Position numbers and translations under genes: made by a program. From sequence record EF437941: a stretch of 64,000 nucleotides of DNA, one strand, 5' to 3'. The stretch is from Escherichia phage Phi1. Below the pieces are notes generated by a model. That model was not told the origin of the DNA. It ran no database searches and worked only from the letters and a program-made list of their open reading frames with translations. Below are positions 1 to 11,207 of the stretch, in pieces (within the stretch, counting starts at the first letter, position 1; each line of letters starts with the position of its first letter).

Positions 1-770
1 AAACGGAACGTTGGCATGAATATGACATTCCCCCAGTCTTTCGGGCTAATCTCAACAAGTTTTGTTTTAATGTGTCCCGGTAGATATGCTTTGATCATGT
101 GATCACTTCCACGCATACCTTTTACATCGCTCCATTTGATTTTTAAGCGTGTTTTATTGCTCAAGGTAGGAGTAGATGCATATTGCTTTAAAAGTGCCTC
201 TAAAAACTGCTGACGGGCTTTAGGCGTTACATAGTGCAAGTTAAGACCCAACATTACAGTATTACCCGCCTTTGTCTTAGAATCACCCAGACAAATGATC
301 AGCGGGAAAACATCCCAATATGGCAAAGTGTCTTTATACTTCGCATCATACATAAAGGTATAGATTCGCCCTACTTGCGGTTTTACAATCTGGTGTCCCT
401 TTATTCCCGCTTTTATTGTTTTAGTAAACCACTCCTGTGATTTTTCTTTAGGGCGACTCTTTGATACAGCACGCATAGACGCACGAAAATCATTAATCAT
501 CATCATTGCGCGTTGCTGCTTATTGAGACCCTTTGCGCCTTTCCCTTTTAGTTTTTCAACTTCTATTGCTGTTTTAATTTCGCTGGGATAACGAGACATA
601 CTTTTAGTGAAAGTCGCATAGGCTATTCCCTTAGAATCTGCAAATGCTTTAGCTGTCATTCCTTTGGCTTTTGCTTTCGCAAATTCTACACCCAATTCGA
701 CCCACTGTTTAGACTTTCGTTTTTGGGGAGACGGCTTTTCGTCTTCGGTGATTATTTCAAATACGCTCAT
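1..770 (-). CDS. 2: DNA end protector protein gp2 (partial; C-terminus lies beyond the window start)
   Basis: Open - strand frame from ATG at 770..768 (RBS GAGGA upstream) to the window edge; sits downstream of gene 4 as in T4; not in ORF track because no stop in window. Confidence 0.55.
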   Translation of the reverse strand, partial: MSVFEIITEDEKPSPQKRKSKQWVELGVEFAKAKAKGMTAKAFADSKGIAYATFTKSMSRYPSEIKTAIEVEKLKGKGAKGLNKQQRAMMMINDFRASMRAVSKSRPKEKSQEWFTKTIKAGIKGHQIVKPQVGRIYTFMYDAKYKDTLPYWDVFPLIICLGDSKTKAGNTVMLGLNLHYVTPKARQQFLEALLKQYASTPTLSNKTRLKIKWSDVKGMRGSDHMIKAYLPGHIKTKLVEISPKDWGNVIFMPTFR

Positions 771-781
771 AATATTATCCT

Positions 782-1255
782 CTATTTGTTAAGCCCTTTA
801 AAGCCAAACACTTTCTTTAATGCATGTTCGGTTATGATCTTAAACTCCATGTTATGCTTTTGACATAATTTCACGGCAGCTAACCATTTTTCAGTATTTT
901 TTGTGTATGTCCATACTTCATGCATATATCGTTGCTTTGTCTTCGCGGTCATTCTTTTTGGCTTTTCCGGTGGCCTTGTCTCTTTAGCTGGTTTAACTTC
1001 CCATAAATGCTCCTTGCCATCATCAAACTTAACGTAAAAATCCATAAAGTATCTGTGTCTTTTTCCGTCTGTTGATGACTCATAAGGAATTACTACGGTC
1101 TCAGATCCCCATTTTGCAACTCTAGGATTGCGGTCTAGCCACTGCATGATCCATCTTTCCCAGCTTGAACGGTATGTGATCTTACGTATATCCCCTTTAT
1201 ACTTTTTCTTATTCTCAGGAACATACTTGCCCTTATAAGTGTTAGATCCTCCCAT
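782..1255 (-). CDS. 4: head completion protein gp4
   Basis: 157-aa ORF, ATG with RBS AAGGGTG; divergent from gene 53 across a short late-promoter region, as in T4. Confidence 0.65.
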   Translation of the reverse strand: MGGSNTYKGKYVPENKKKYKGDIRKITYRSSWERWIMQWLDRNPRVAKWGSETVVIPYESSTDGKRHRYFMDFYVKFDDGKEHLWEVKPAKETRPPEKPKRMTAKTKQRYMHEVWTYTKNTEKWLAAVKLCQKHNMEFKIITEHALKKVFGFKGLNK

Positions 1256-1270
1256 TTTAGCACCCTTTAT

Positions 1271-1278
1271 TATAAATA
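1271..1278 (+). promoter_or_regulatory. T4-type late promoter TATAAATA upstream of gene 53
   Basis: Exact TATAAATA 33 nt upstream of the gene 53 ATG. Confidence 0.6.
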
Positions 1279-1310
1279 CATAATACTATTTATCAATTGA
1301 GGGTGCTAAA

Positions 1311-1865
1311 ATGCTCTTTTCTTTCTTCCCTGCCATTGAATACAACGGCAAGATGATTACTGACATTGTGCGCAATTACCGCGCATATTTCAACGCAATA
1401 ATTTCTGATTATAACATACAAACATATTACATTCAAGGTAGTCCACGACCGGAACAAGTTGCATATGAAGTATACGGAAACCAACAACTTTACTGGATCT
1501 TGCTGATGCTTAATGACGTATACGATCCGTTTCATGACTGGATCACCGATCAAGAGACAGCATATGAATCAGCCGAACAGCGATATGCAAATGTAGGAGG
1601 AAATCAAGTATTATACCACGTTGATATTGACGGAAACAAGTATTGGAATCTTACCGAATATCCGAAAGGATCAAGCAATTGGTATGATAAAGGGGATATT
1701 CATCACCGTCATTTGCAGTTTCAGGGTGCATTATCGGCAGTAGACACACTGGAAGATGCGATCCTCCGTAATGAGGAACGACGCAAGATCAAGATCATAG
1801 ATCCTACACAAATTAAACAATTTATTAACGCATTCATTCGAGAAATGGAAAAGGCTGATGTGTAA
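1311..1865 (+). CDS. 53: baseplate wedge protein gp53
   Basis: 184 aa; YYIQGSPRPEQ and LYWILLMLND segments match my recollection of T4 gp53; synteny 53-5-6-7-8. Confidence 0.85.
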   Translation: MLFSFFPAIEYNGKMITDIVRNYRAYFNAIISDYNIQTYYIQGSPRPEQVAYEVYGNQQLYWILLMLNDVYDPFHDWITDQETAYESAEQRYANVGGNQVLYHVDIDGNKYWNLTEYPKGSSNWYDKGDIHHRHLQFQGALSAVDTLEDAILRNEERRKIKIIDPTQIKQFINAFIREMEKADV

Positions 1866-1876
1866 GGTGATTAATT

Positions 1877-3676
1877 ATGCTAATGTTTAATAACTCCGTT
1901 AAATGGTTTACCGGAATTGTAGAAAACAGGGAAGACCCATTAATGCTGGGGCGTGTTCAGGTTAGGATTCATGGTATACATCCCTCGCTATCCGCACACG
2001 GTGACATTCAAGGTCTTCCAACCGAAGATCTATTATGGATTACGCCAGTACAAGATATTACAAGCGCGGCGATCTCCGGTATAGGTCAAAGCCCTACTGG
2101 TATTGTTGAAGGTTCAATGGTATTTGGTTTGGCTTTAGATGAACGTTATTTAAACTGCGTTATTCTGGGTACTATTGCCGGACAATATACAGAGAAACCA
2201 CTCACTACAGAGGGTTTTTGCGACCCTTCTGGTGCATATCCTCGTTATATTGGTAATGATGTTAATATTCTTGCTCGTGGCGGTATTAACCCAGAAACCG
2301 GACAAACAACAAAACCTGATAGTGTCTATATTCGAGATGAAAACACTGGAGTTGCAGTAAATCCAGACGACGAGCCATTAGACCAAATTCCGGTTGATGA
2401 TAATCCTGATTTTACAATCGAAAAAATGCTGCGGGGCGATGAGGGATATCGCGAGAAATGGTATCTTGATTCAGAAGGATATCCGACAATAGGCATCGGG
2501 CATTTGATCATTTATAAGAAAACCAGTGATCTGGGTATTATCAATAATGAACTTTCTAAGCTGGTAGGGCGTGAAGTTACAAACGGAAGACTTACCGCCG
2601 AAGAAGTTAGTAAAGTATTTGCCGACGATATAGAAAAGACTCGTCGTGATATGCGCAAACATCCACGAATTGCACCTGTCTATAATAAATGTAATGCCTC
2701 ACGTCGTATGGCATTAGAAAATATGGCGTTTCAAATGGGTGTTGGTGGATTGGGTAAATTTAAGAATAGTCTTGCTGCGATGTTAGCGGAAGAATGGAAA
2801 CAAGCCTATGATGGATTACGTCAATCGGTATGGGCTAACCAAACTCCAGGACGCTCCAGCCGTGTTTCTAAAATTATTTTAACTGGTAACTTAGAATCAT
2901 ATGGCGTAATTGCTCCAAAGAAAGAGGAATCAATTTCTGATGATCCGCGAGCACGTTTGAGAAATGCCCGTATTGCTGCCTATAAGACGCAGAGAGCAGA
3001 AGAAGACCCAGAAGCACCGTTTACCCCACAAGACACACGAATCATGTTTAAAGAGCCTAAGAGTTCGTATTCCGCAAGGTATCCATATAACCATGTGTAC
3101 GAGTCAGAGAGCGGTCATATTATCGAGATTGATGATACTCCTTCTCATGAGCGATATCATCGTAAACATCCTTCGGGTACATTTGAAGAAACCAGACCGG
3201 ACGGAACGAGGGTAGAAAAGATTGAAGGTGATGATTATCTAATCGTTAAACAAGGCAGGAAAGTAAACGTTAAGGGTAATTTGCAAGTTGTTGTTGAAGG
3301 TGACGCGCAAGTTTATTATATGGGTAATGTGATGCAAACCGTTGATGGTAACGTCACTGAATTTATTCGTGGTAATGTTAATCAGACCGTTGAGGGTACA
3401 GCTAATATGCATGTTGTAGGTGATGTTACCGCTCAGCTTGACGCTAATTTAACGGCTAATGTCAAGGGTAATGCTGAATTAATGATCGAGGGTAACACTA
3501 CAGAGACAATTAAAGGTAACTATGATTTAACCGTTGAGGGTAATTTTAATATGACCGTCAATGGCACTAAATCAGATCAGGTTAATGGTGACTGGTCCCG
3601 TAATTGTGGTGCAAGCGTTAAAGATATTGCATCTGGTACAGTTAAAATTGATGGTAGCCGTATTGATCTTGGGTGA
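1877..3676 (+). CDS. 5: baseplate hub subunit and tail lysozyme gp5
   Basis: 599 aa; T4-lysozyme-like motif YLDSEGYPTIGIGH; C-terminal VxGxxxxx beta-helix repeats; synteny. Confidence 0.9.
   Translation: MLMFNNSVKWFTGIVENREDPLMLGRVQVRIHGIHPSLSAHGDIQGLPTEDLLWITPVQDITSAAISGIGQSPTGIVEGSMVFGLALDERYLNCVILGTIAGQYTEKPLTTEGFCDPSGAYPRYIGNDVNILARGGINPETGQTTKPDSVYIRDENTGVAVNPDDEPLDQIPVDDNPDFTIEKMLRGDEGYREKWYLDSEGYPTIGIGHLIIYKKTSDLGIINNELSKLVGREVTNGRLTAEEVSKVFADDIEKTRRDMRKHPRIAPVYNKCNASRRMALENMAFQMGVGGLGKFKNSLAAMLAEEWKQAYDGLRQSVWANQTPGRSSRVSKIILTGNLESYGVIAPKKEESISDDPRARLRNARIAAYKTQRAEEDPEAPFTPQDTRIMFKEPKSSYSARYPYNHVYESESGHIIEIDDTPSHERYHRKHPSGTFEETRPDGTRVEKIEGDDYLIVKQGRKVNVKGNLQVVVEGDAQVYYMGNVMQTVDGNVTEFIRGNVNQTVEGTANMHVVGDVTAQLDANLTANVKGNAELMIEGNTTETIKGNYDLTVEGNFNMTVNGTKSDQVNGDWSRNCGASVKDIASGTVKIDGSRIDLG
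3290..3640 (+). repeat. gp5 C-terminal beta-helix coding repeats
   Basis: Translated repeats of the form V-E/D-G-N-x-x-x-T/N (VEGDAQVYY, VDGNVTEF, VEGTANMH, VKGNAELM, IEGNTTET, VEGNFNMT, VNGTKSDQ). Confidence 0.8.
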
Positions 3677-3684
3677 GGTAACTA

Positions 3685-4251
3685 ATGGTTGAAATTCTTC
3701 CGATGAGTTCAAAATTGGAGGATATCAGCGAGCGAGAAATCTTTGAGGTGGTGTTCTCTTATAAAGCAACTCCACCAGATGCAAATACCACATACACGAT
3801 TAAAGAGTTTAAGATCAGCGAGTATCGCCCTAATAAGGGCGTTACCGTTGAAGAAACTAAAATATCTGGTGAGTATAGGGATAGTTTTTCGCTTGGCGCG
3901 GATTCTCTTAAATATATAACGAAAGATAGAATTAAAAAATCTGCCGGAAGTTTTGATGATTTACCAGATCCAACTACCGCAGATCTATATTATTTTAACG
4001 CTCCTACACGTCTACAGGAGGTTTATACTTATAAAGTAACCCTAACCTATATCCAATCTGTTTCAGAGTCTTCTGGTGGTTCTGGTGAAGGAAATAGTGG
4101 TGGTTCCAATAGCCGAGAGGGTGCTGGTGAAACTAATCCTCCTCCGGTAGTAACCGAACACACAATAGAGAAAGTTTATACTCAAACCGTTTTTGGAAAT
4201 TGGGATGTGTGGGCGCAGCAACTAAGAGATTATGTACATAGGGGTGTTTAA
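3685..4251 (+). CDS. hypothetical protein in the gp5.1/5.3 position
   Basis: 188-aa ORF with RBS GTGAGG; Gly/Ser-rich segment [17 protein letters not shown]; lies between genes 5 and 5.4. Confidence 0.5.
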   Translation: MVEILPMSSKLEDISEREIFEVVFSYKATPPDANTTYTIKEFKISEYRPNKGVTVEETKISGEYRDSFSLGADSLKYITKDRIKKSAGSFDDLPDPTTADLYYFNAPTRLQEVYTYKVTLTYIQSVSESSGGSGEGNSGGSNSREGAGETNPPPVVTEHTIEKVYTQTVFGNWDVWAQQLRDYVHRGV

Positions 4252-4544
4252 TGGCTGGATTATCCTACGATAAAGCTAAAACTACAGGGCACGGAAACTA
4301 CCCACCTACTGTAATTAATGCAACTCAATCTAAGGTATTTGTTGAGGGTATCCCTGTATTAGTCGAAGGAGACCCAATTACACCACATACAAAAACAACA
4401 AAGCCTTATGATACACACGGGGGAACTACGGTCGCCAGTACCCCGAAAGTATTTGTTACCGGAAAGAAAGCAATTCAAATGGCAGATCGTATTAGCTGTG
4501 GCGATACCGTCGCTATGGCATCACCGAAGGTATTCATAAAATGA
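4251..4544 (+). CDS. 5.4: PAAR-repeat spike tip protein gp5.4
   Basis: 97 aa, same length as T4 gp5.4; coupled start/stop junctions with neighbours. Confidence 0.7.
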   Translation: MAGLSYDKAKTTGHGNYPPTVINATQSKVFVEGIPVLVEGDPITPHTKTTKPYDTHGGTTVASTPKVFVTGKKAIQMADRISCGDTVAMASPKVFIK

Positions 4545-6445
4545 CAAAGCAAAAGATTACACAAATTCCTGATATTTTTAATGCTGCTACGTTTGATGAA
4601 ATTAAAAGCGCATTAACAGACTGGATGAGAAACCAGGAAGAATTTAAAGATTTTGATTTTAATGGTGCTGGTATTAACGTATTGATGGACTTGCTCGCAT
4701 ATAACACTCTGTATATTCAGCAATTCGCTAACGCCGCGCTATATGAATCTTTTATCAGAACGGCAATTAAGCGTAGTTCAGTTGTTCAAGCCGCGCAAGA
4801 TTTAGGATATTTGCCAGCAAGTAAAACTAGTGCATCGACTACAATTATGTTGCACGTAACACATCCGCGAAATCCGGCAAGTATTCGAATCCCACGAGGA
4901 ACTAAATTTATTGCAAGTGTGGATCGCCAGACGTCTTATCCGTTTGTGACTACCGAAGACGTTGTGAGCGTTTTAGGTTCAAATGGTTTATATACGCCTA
5001 TGCTTAAAGTCGCACAAGGTCGTATTGTTCGTACAGAAATGTTATTTGATCCGAAGAAACAAATTCTGATCCGCGATCCTGATATTGACCGCGCTCAGGT
5101 TAAATTGTGGGTAGACGGTGCTGAATGGAAAGACTGGACGCGAGAAAGCATTGTTAATGCAACTGGCGCTAGTAATATTTTCTATATGCGTGAAACCGTA
5201 GACGGTCATACAGAAATCTTCTTTGGTGAAGGTGAATCAACTTTATCTGCTGCTGGCGGGGCGCTGGAAGCAAATTATATTGGTGGACTTAAGCCGTCAA
5301 CTGGTGCTAATATTGTTATCGAATATATTAGCACTAAAGGCGCGGAAGCAAACGGTTCAGTTAATTTTACATATGCGGATACCCTTGCATCTATCTCTAT
5401 TGTTAAAATTATTGAGAATCCGACAAATGATCGTGATTATGTCGGTGCAGATGGTGGTGGTGACCCTGAATCAATCGAACGTATCCGTGAACTTGCTCCG
5501 GTAATGCGTGAATCTCAGCGTCGTTGTGTTACTGCTTCTGACTATGAGGCTTTTGTATCTAGCCGTTTTGGTAGTATTGTTCAGGCGGTACAATGTTTCA
5601 CCGACCGAGAAAAACCGGGTTATGCTTTTGTTGCTGTTAAGCCTAAATCTGGCTTGCGTTTGACAACTGTTCAAAAAGAAGATATGCGGGATTATCTGGC
5701 AAAATATAATCTTGCCCCTATCACGCCGAGCATCATTGACCCTAACTATCTGTATATTAAACAGAATATTAAAGTTTCCTATTCAATCAATGACTTGTCA
5801 GAATCAGAGCAGTGGTTGCGCGGTGCGGTTATTGATCAGATTGATGCATATTATACCGACGAAGTGGAAATTTTTAACCAGACCTTTAGTAAGTCTAAAA
5901 TGCTTGCTCGTATTGACAAAGCTGATGTATCTGTGATAGGTTCTAGTGCAGAAATAGAGATGGTGCGAGAGATCGACAACTTCTATAAAGCGCCTATGGC
6001 TGGAATCAAGTTTTTAAACCAGTATAAGAGCGGAATCAAGTCTAGTTCATTCAACTTCGAAAAGGACGACAAGCAATATCCGATCCATTATGTAAGTACA
6101 GAAATGAACAAAGAATCCGGTTTAGCTAAATTGCTGGTTGGACCTTTCCCTGTTGATTCTACAATCGCTTTACCGCACTATTCCGGCACTGATTTTGATA
6201 AAGAGGTTATCGACGGTGCGGACCTATACTTTGAGGTTGGAGAGGTTCAGCATTATGACGACCTTATTTCATGGGATCTGGGTAAACTGAATATCAATAG
6301 CGATCGCTTTACTGGTTCATATATTGAGTTGACAGCTAAACCGATTGCTGATAACATCTTTACTAAAGACGGTTCTTTGATCGTGTTTGAAAACGATCTC
6401 CGTCCTCAGTACACAACTATTAGTCTGGAGGCAATTGCTCAATGA
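4541..6445 (+). CDS. 6: baseplate wedge protein gp6
   Basis: 634 aa; overlapping junctions with 5.4 and 7; synteny. Confidence 0.85.
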   Translation: MTKQKITQIPDIFNAATFDEIKSALTDWMRNQEEFKDFDFNGAGINVLMDLLAYNTLYIQQFANAALYESFIRTAIKRSSVVQAAQDLGYLPASKTSASTTIMLHVTHPRNPASIRIPRGTKFIASVDRQTSYPFVTTEDVVSVLGSNGLYTPMLKVAQGRIVRTEMLFDPKKQILIRDPDIDRAQVKLWVDGAEWKDWTRESIVNATGASNIFYMRETVDGHTEIFFGEGESTLSAAGGALEANYIGGLKPSTGANIVIEYISTKGAEANGSVNFTYADTLASISIVKIIENPTNDRDYVGADGGGDPESIERIRELAPVMRESQRRCVTASDYEAFVSSRFGSIVQAVQCFTDREKPGYAFVAVKPKSGLRLTTVQKEDMRDYLAKYNLAPITPSIIDPNYLYIKQNIKVSYSINDLSESEQWLRGAVIDQIDAYYTDEVEIFNQTFSKSKMLARIDKADVSVIGSSAEIEMVREIDNFYKAPMAGIKFLNQYKSGIKSSSFNFEKDDKQYPIHYVSTEMNKESGLAKLLVGPFPVDSTIALPHYSGTDFDKEVIDGADLYFEVGEVQHYDDLISWDLGKLNINSDRFTGSYIELTAKPIADNIFTKDGSLIVFENDLRPQYTTISLEAIAQ

Positions 6446-9400
6446 TTAAAGCGCCTAGTGTAACTAGCTTGACAATAGAAAAATTGTCTGCTAATCAGGC
6501 GTATATCACATGGGATGACGTAGGCGAAAACTTCTTTTATTTTGTGGAGTTAGCCGAAACCAGAACACGAGACGGGGAGGTCATCCCCGTCGATGAGTTA
6601 AGCTGGGTAAACCTGGGATATACTGCCGAACAAAACTGGTTTGAGGATAAAAACCTTTTTCCAGAATATTATTACAAGTTTCGTGTAGCAGTAGCCGCAG
6701 AAGGATTTGAACAAAGTAAATGGGTTGAGACAGAAGAGTTTCAGACATTTAAAACAAACGCATATAATTTTTCTATGATGCGAGAGTTCAACCTTGCAAA
6801 CGAGTTTGTTAAGCAAAAGTTTACATATGATAATCGTGATTATATTAAATTCAATACTGATTTAATTCAAGCATCATTGATGAAGGAAGATTTTGTCTTT
6901 AGTCCTGAATATGCAAACATGACAAATATCTCAAACTACATTGTAGTTGATGAGAACTTTCATGAAATACAGGATCACATAGAAAAAGTTTGTACTGATA
7001 TAAACCGCACAATGTTAGCGGAAATGAACGGTGTTTTGTACCTTTTCGAACGGTTCCAGCCGATCGTGAAAGTGTCAAATGATAAAGGCCAATCATGGAA
7101 AGCATACAAGGCTTTTAATGATCGTGTAGGCAATCCGGTTTCCCGCACATGCGTTTATCAGTCTAAAACCACTACTTACGTTTTAGGATATGACCGAATC
7201 TTTTACGGACGACAAGCTAGCGATACTCGATGGATCGCGGACGATGTTCGATTTAGTGATGATACGATCACTTTTGCAAAGGTCGGTGACGAGAACGATT
7301 TAGGCTTTGACGTTGAGGTCTTTGGTGTATTTTCCAGATTAACAGGGGACACCACAAAATACGCCGAAGCTATGGCGTGCAGTGACGATTATTTGTGGGT
7401 TGGTGCTAAAGATGTTATTCGCCGGATTCGTCTTAAGAATACTCCAGTTGATACCGTACAGGGTTCTCCTACGTTTGGCGAAAAAATATTCGACCCTGAT
7501 GTTATCCGAGTAACAGGAAATGATAAAGCTGTCATTCAGAAAATGGATGTGATCGACGGTAAATTGCTTGTATTTGTTACGGGTGAAGTTAAACAGCGTT
7601 ATCAAGATCCAACTAAACCAGAAAACGTTGTTCCGTCAGATGATGCGGGTGTATACTTAATAGGGAGTGATGGTCTGTCTTTTCAGAGAGTATTTGGCAA
7701 CACTCCGCAGGAAAGGGAATATATTCAGCACGGGTTCAGTAATATGTCAACCAATGGTGATGAGGTGTTCATAAGCCATTATAATCATCACTTCGAAAGC
7801 ATTTTACCTGATCCAGAAACTGCCGCGAAATATGAATTAGGCGAAGCTGTGAAATATTCTCAGGAGCCAACTTATCTAACTGATAAGAAAATACATCAAA
7901 CTACTTTCAGAGCAAGTTATGATGATTTGCGTATTTGGGAGCTAGGACCGCAAGCGTATTATAATGAGGCTGATTATACATGGATGCGTCGAAACGGTGT
8001 CCGTGTGTGGATCACAAATGATAATCGCCCGTTGGTTGTTTATCCAGAGGTTATCTATACTCAAGAAGTTGATACATCTGGCATTCTTGACCAAAATAGG
8101 GTTAACCGAGAAGTTTATGATAAAGGGACCGTGACCTGTTATCTTAACAATGTTAAATTTGAAGGATTCAAACAATATGCATCCGGTGTAATGTTCCATA
8201 AAAACACAGGAGAGATCATTGGATTCTATCAATTTAATTATCGTGTTCGTGATCAGGTTGGTGTATATTGGAAACCTACAAATGTAGCATTTGTTGCTGA
8301 ATTGCAAAATCAGGTTCGAGAGGTTCCCTGGGTTCCGGTTCACTACGATCGAGAGCAAGACCCAGATTTGCGACCTTTACTGAATAAGATGACACCGGAT
8401 AGCTTTTTACTTGAGAACGAAAATTTCAGAAAATTCTCTGAATATTATCTGCAATTCTTAAGTGATGGTTCAGGAACATATTATAATAAACTAAAAAATC
8501 TGATTAAAAACAAATATCCACGCGAGCAAGATGCATATGAGTATCTTTGGTCAGAGATGAACAAACGAAACATATATGCAGATAAAAACAAGCGAGATGC
8601 GGTAGTAAGATTCTTTGAATCCCGCAAATCAGATTTTTATTCCACTAAGGGCGTGGAGGCTTCTTATAAGTTCTTGTTTAAGTTACTTTATAATGAAGAT
8701 GTGGAAATTGAGGTTGAATCACAAGCCGGACTAGAGTATGATATTGTTGTTAGTTCAACGAACATTGACGAGGATATCGTAGGTCGCACGATTTATACTC
8801 CAACCGGACGGGCTAACGTGACGTATCTTGAAAGGGAATATGAAGGTGGTCGCCTACGCTGGCGAGTAACCATTCATAACCTGATCGGGCGGTTCGAAGA
8901 AGGTCAAGTGATCAAATCAGAGAAAACAGCGTTTGAAGGGATGATCCTTGTTGGTGTACGTGGTAAAGAGTTGTTGAGTAGTTCAATCGACTATATCAAC
9001 CGCTCACGAAGCCAATACACCATGAAGATTAAAAGTGCATTGCCAGTTTCGCGCTATGCAAATGATGTAATGCGATTCGTTCATCCTGTCGGCTTTGGTT
9101 TTATCGGTGTTACCCTGCTTACGATGTTCATTAACAGCGGGTTGAGCATGAAGCACACCGAGACTATAATTCAATCTCTGAAAAATTATAAGTTTGACAG
9201 CGGATTGCCTAGCGTGTATCCTGATCGGGTGGCAGACCTTGACGTTGACGGAAACATTAAGAAAGACCCGCTTACCGGAAAAGCATTATATTTGACTTCA
9301 CCTTTAATTGGTGATGAATTTCCGGTTCCTCCTGAATATGATCAGGAGAACAGCGAATTGTTCCACGGACTTAAAGCAAGCGAACGAAGATTTGCAATGA

Positions 9401-9528
9401 GTCCACTGTTTGACCAGTCGGCGGTAACATTCTCTATGTTCCGTGAACTTGTAGATAAACGGTTGAAGGATAATATAGGGAATCCACGCGATCCGAAGAA
9501 TCCGACACAGAGGAAAATTAATGGCTAA
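6442..9528 (+). CDS. 7: baseplate wedge initiator gp7
   Basis: 1028 aa (T4 gp7 is about 1030 aa); synteny. Confidence 0.85.
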   Translation: MIKAPSVTSLTIEKLSANQAYITWDDVGENFFYFVELAETRTRDGEVIPVDELSWVNLGYTAEQNWFEDKNLFPEYYYKFRVAVAAEGFEQSKWVETEEFQTFKTNAYNFSMMREFNLANEFVKQKFTYDNRDYIKFNTDLIQASLMKEDFVFSPEYANMTNISNYIVVDENFHEIQDHIEKVCTDINRTMLAEMNGVLYLFERFQPIVKVSNDKGQSWKAYKAFNDRVGNPVSRTCVYQSKTTTYVLGYDRIFYGRQASDTRWIADDVRFSDDTITFAKVGDENDLGFDVEVFGVFSRLTGDTTKYAEAMACSDDYLWVGAKDVIRRIRLKNTPVDTVQGSPTFGEKIFDPDVIRVTGNDKAVIQKMDVIDGKLLVFVTGEVKQRYQDPTKPENVVPSDDAGVYLIGSDGLSFQRVFGNTPQEREYIQHGFSNMSTNGDEVFISHYNHHFESILPDPETAAKYELGEAVKYSQEPTYLTDKKIHQTTFRASYDDLRIWELGPQAYYNEADYTWMRRNGVRVWITNDNRPLVVYPEVIYTQEVDTSGILDQNRVNREVYDKGTVTCYLNNVKFEGFKQYASGVMFHKNTGEIIGFYQFNYRVRDQVGVYWKPTNVAFVAELQNQVREVPWVPVHYDREQDPDLRPLLNKMTPDSFLLENENFRKFSEYYLQFLSDGSGTYYNKLKNLIKNKYPREQDAYEYLWSEMNKRNIYADKNKRDAVVRFFESRKSDFYSTKGVEASYKFLFKLLYNEDVEIEVESQAGLEYDIVVSSTNIDEDIVGRTIYTPTGRANVTYLEREYEGGRLRWRVTIHNLIGRFEEGQVIKSEKTAFEGMILVGVRGKELLSSSIDYINRSRSQYTMKIKSALPVSRYANDVMRFVHPVGFGFIGVTLLTMFINSGLSMKHTETIIQSLKNYKFDSGLPSVYPDRVADLDVDGNIKKDPLTGKALYLTSPLIGDEFPVPPEYDQENSELFHGLKASERRFAMSPLFDQSAVTFSMFRELVDKRLKDNIGNPRDPKNPTQRKING

Positions 9529-10516
9529 TGAAAATAGTGTGATCTATCGCTCAATCATTACTAGTAAATTCAGAACGGAAAAACTTCTGAATTTCTATAA
9601 TTCTGTAGGCGATGGGGCAAATCAAATTACAATTTATGGAACGTTTGGACGTTCGGAGCCGTGGTCAGAAAACGAAAAAGAGGTGGGCTTTGCCCCACCT
9701 TATCCGACCGATTCAACGGCTGGTGTTGTTGACATGTGGACCCATATGATGGGGGCGGTTAAGATTAACAAATCACTTCTTGATGCGGTTATCCCTCGTA
9801 AAGATTGGGGTGATACCGGACAGGATAACCCGCGCACATTCTTTATCAATGACATTGTTGTTGTCAACTCAGCACCATATAACCGAACTGATGTTGGTAG
9901 CGGCTGGATGGTGTATCGCGTAACCGATGTTCCTGATCGCGGTTACTGCTCGATTTCAAGCATTGACGCTAAAGTAGAGTGTTTGAAGTTGGGCGGAAAG
10001 TGGACACCCACTCATGAATCAATTGCGCCACCTGTAGGAAAGGGCGATTCTATTGATATGGGTGATGGGTATCGTTGGGAATATCTGTACACAATTCCAC
10101 CTGATGCGGCGATCAACCGTTGCACCAATGAACATATTGTTGTTCCATTCCCGGATGAATTGAGACAAGATCCGGCGCGTTGGGGCTATGACAATGTGAT
10201 CACCTGGTATAATGACTATAATCTGCTTTATCGGCTGAAAGTAGTAACTTTGCGTTTTCAGGCTTATATGGACTCTGCGCAATTCCCAACTACCGCGTTA
10301 GTGGGTAATACTGGTTTCCGTCAGTTAAGCATTATCCTTAACCCATTGGAAAAGAAAGCACGCCCTAGCGATCCAGACGTTAAAGCGGTTCAAGATAAGT
10401 ACCGTCCGCAAGACTTAGAGCCACACTCAGGAGAAATGATCTACATGGAAAACCGACAACCTATCGTTCGGTCATTAGATCAAACAGAACTTGTTTCTGT
10501 ATTGTTTGAGTTCTAA
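9521..10516 (+). CDS. 8: baseplate wedge protein gp8
   Basis: 331 aa (T4 gp8 about 334 aa); synteny. Confidence 0.8.
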   Translation: MANENSVIYRSIITSKFRTEKLLNFYNSVGDGANQITIYGTFGRSEPWSENEKEVGFAPPYPTDSTAGVVDMWTHMMGAVKINKSLLDAVIPRKDWGDTGQDNPRTFFINDIVVVNSAPYNRTDVGSGWMVYRVTDVPDRGYCSISSIDAKVECLKLGGKWTPTHESIAPPVGKGDSIDMGDGYRWEYLYTIPPDAAINRCTNEHIVVPFPDELRQDPARWGYDNVITWYNDYNLLYRLKVVTLRFQAYMDSAQFPTTALVGNTGFRQLSIILNPLEKKARPSDPDVKAVQDKYRPQDLEPHSGEMIYMENRQPIVRSLDQTELVSVLFEF

Positions 10517-10530
10517 GTGTATGATTTAAA

Positions 10531-10557
10531 AGCCAATTCGAGAGAGTTGGCTTTTTC
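10531..10557 (+). terminator. rho-independent terminator after gene 8
   Basis: Hairpin AGCCAA-loop-TTGGCT followed by TTTTT. Confidence 0.6.
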
Positions 10558-10567
10558 TATTTTGGGT

Positions 10568-10597
10568 GTTTACAATCTTGTCTGGTAAAGGTATAAT
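10568..10597 (+). promoter_or_regulatory. sigma70-type (early) promoter for the methyltransferase island
   Basis: GTTTACA, 17-18 bp spacer, TATAAT; about 35 nt upstream of the 85-aa ORF. Confidence 0.6.
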
Positions 10598-10629
10598 GCT
10601 CACATCTAAACAACGGAGGAGGATAAATT

Positions 10630-10887
10630 ATGGCACGTCGTAAATTTACAGATAATTGTGAAGCAATTCAGGTATCCCCTTGCGGTTGGGATGTGATCGC
10701 GAACGGTGAAAAGATTGGAGAGATCATCGATCATACTCATTCATCACTAGCCGATTACACCGATGAACTATGGGAGGGTATCAACTTCATGAATGACACT
10801 AAACGATTCAAGACTATCGACGAAGCTATCTATTTTGTGTATAATCCAACTTTCGGTATGTGGGGAACTAGAAAATGGCACGCGTAA
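10630..10887 (+). CDS. hypothetical protein (85 aa)
   Basis: ATG with RBS GGAGGAGG; first gene of the island inserted between genes 8 and 9. Confidence 0.55.
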   Translation: MARRKFTDNCEAIQVSPCGWDVIANGEKIGEIIDHTHSSLADYTDELWEGINFMNDTKRFKTIDEAIYFVYNPTFGMWGTRKWHA

Positions 10888-11207
10888 ATATTAAATTGCA
10901 TTACACAATGAATAAAGCTAAGTTCCCAATGCAAAAGCATTACTATGGTCTACGTGCACAAGATCCCAAACTCTATGGTACTCATTGGTTTTGTAAACAT
11001 GATAACCAATGGCACACATACGAAGAAATGAACGAGATGATGAAACAGGGTATTGAATTTAGTTATTCTAACTATGACCATCGTATAACTTGCATTCGAA
11101 AATTGAAACGATGGATTCGTAAGAATCCGCAATTTAAAAACTTTGTGTTCTTTATGTCTCATGTTTATTTGGGACATAGCGTTACCGTCACAGCAAAGGT
11201 TAAATAA
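10875..11207 (+). CDS. hypothetical protein (110 aa)
   Basis: ATG overlapping the upstream ORF end; Cys/His-containing; no recognised motif. Confidence 0.5.
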   Translation: MARVNIKLHYTMNKAKFPMQKHYYGLRAQDPKLYGTHWFCKHDNQWHTYEEMNEMMKQGIEFSYSNYDHRITCIRKLKRWIRKNPQFKNFVFFMSHVYLGHSVTVTAKVK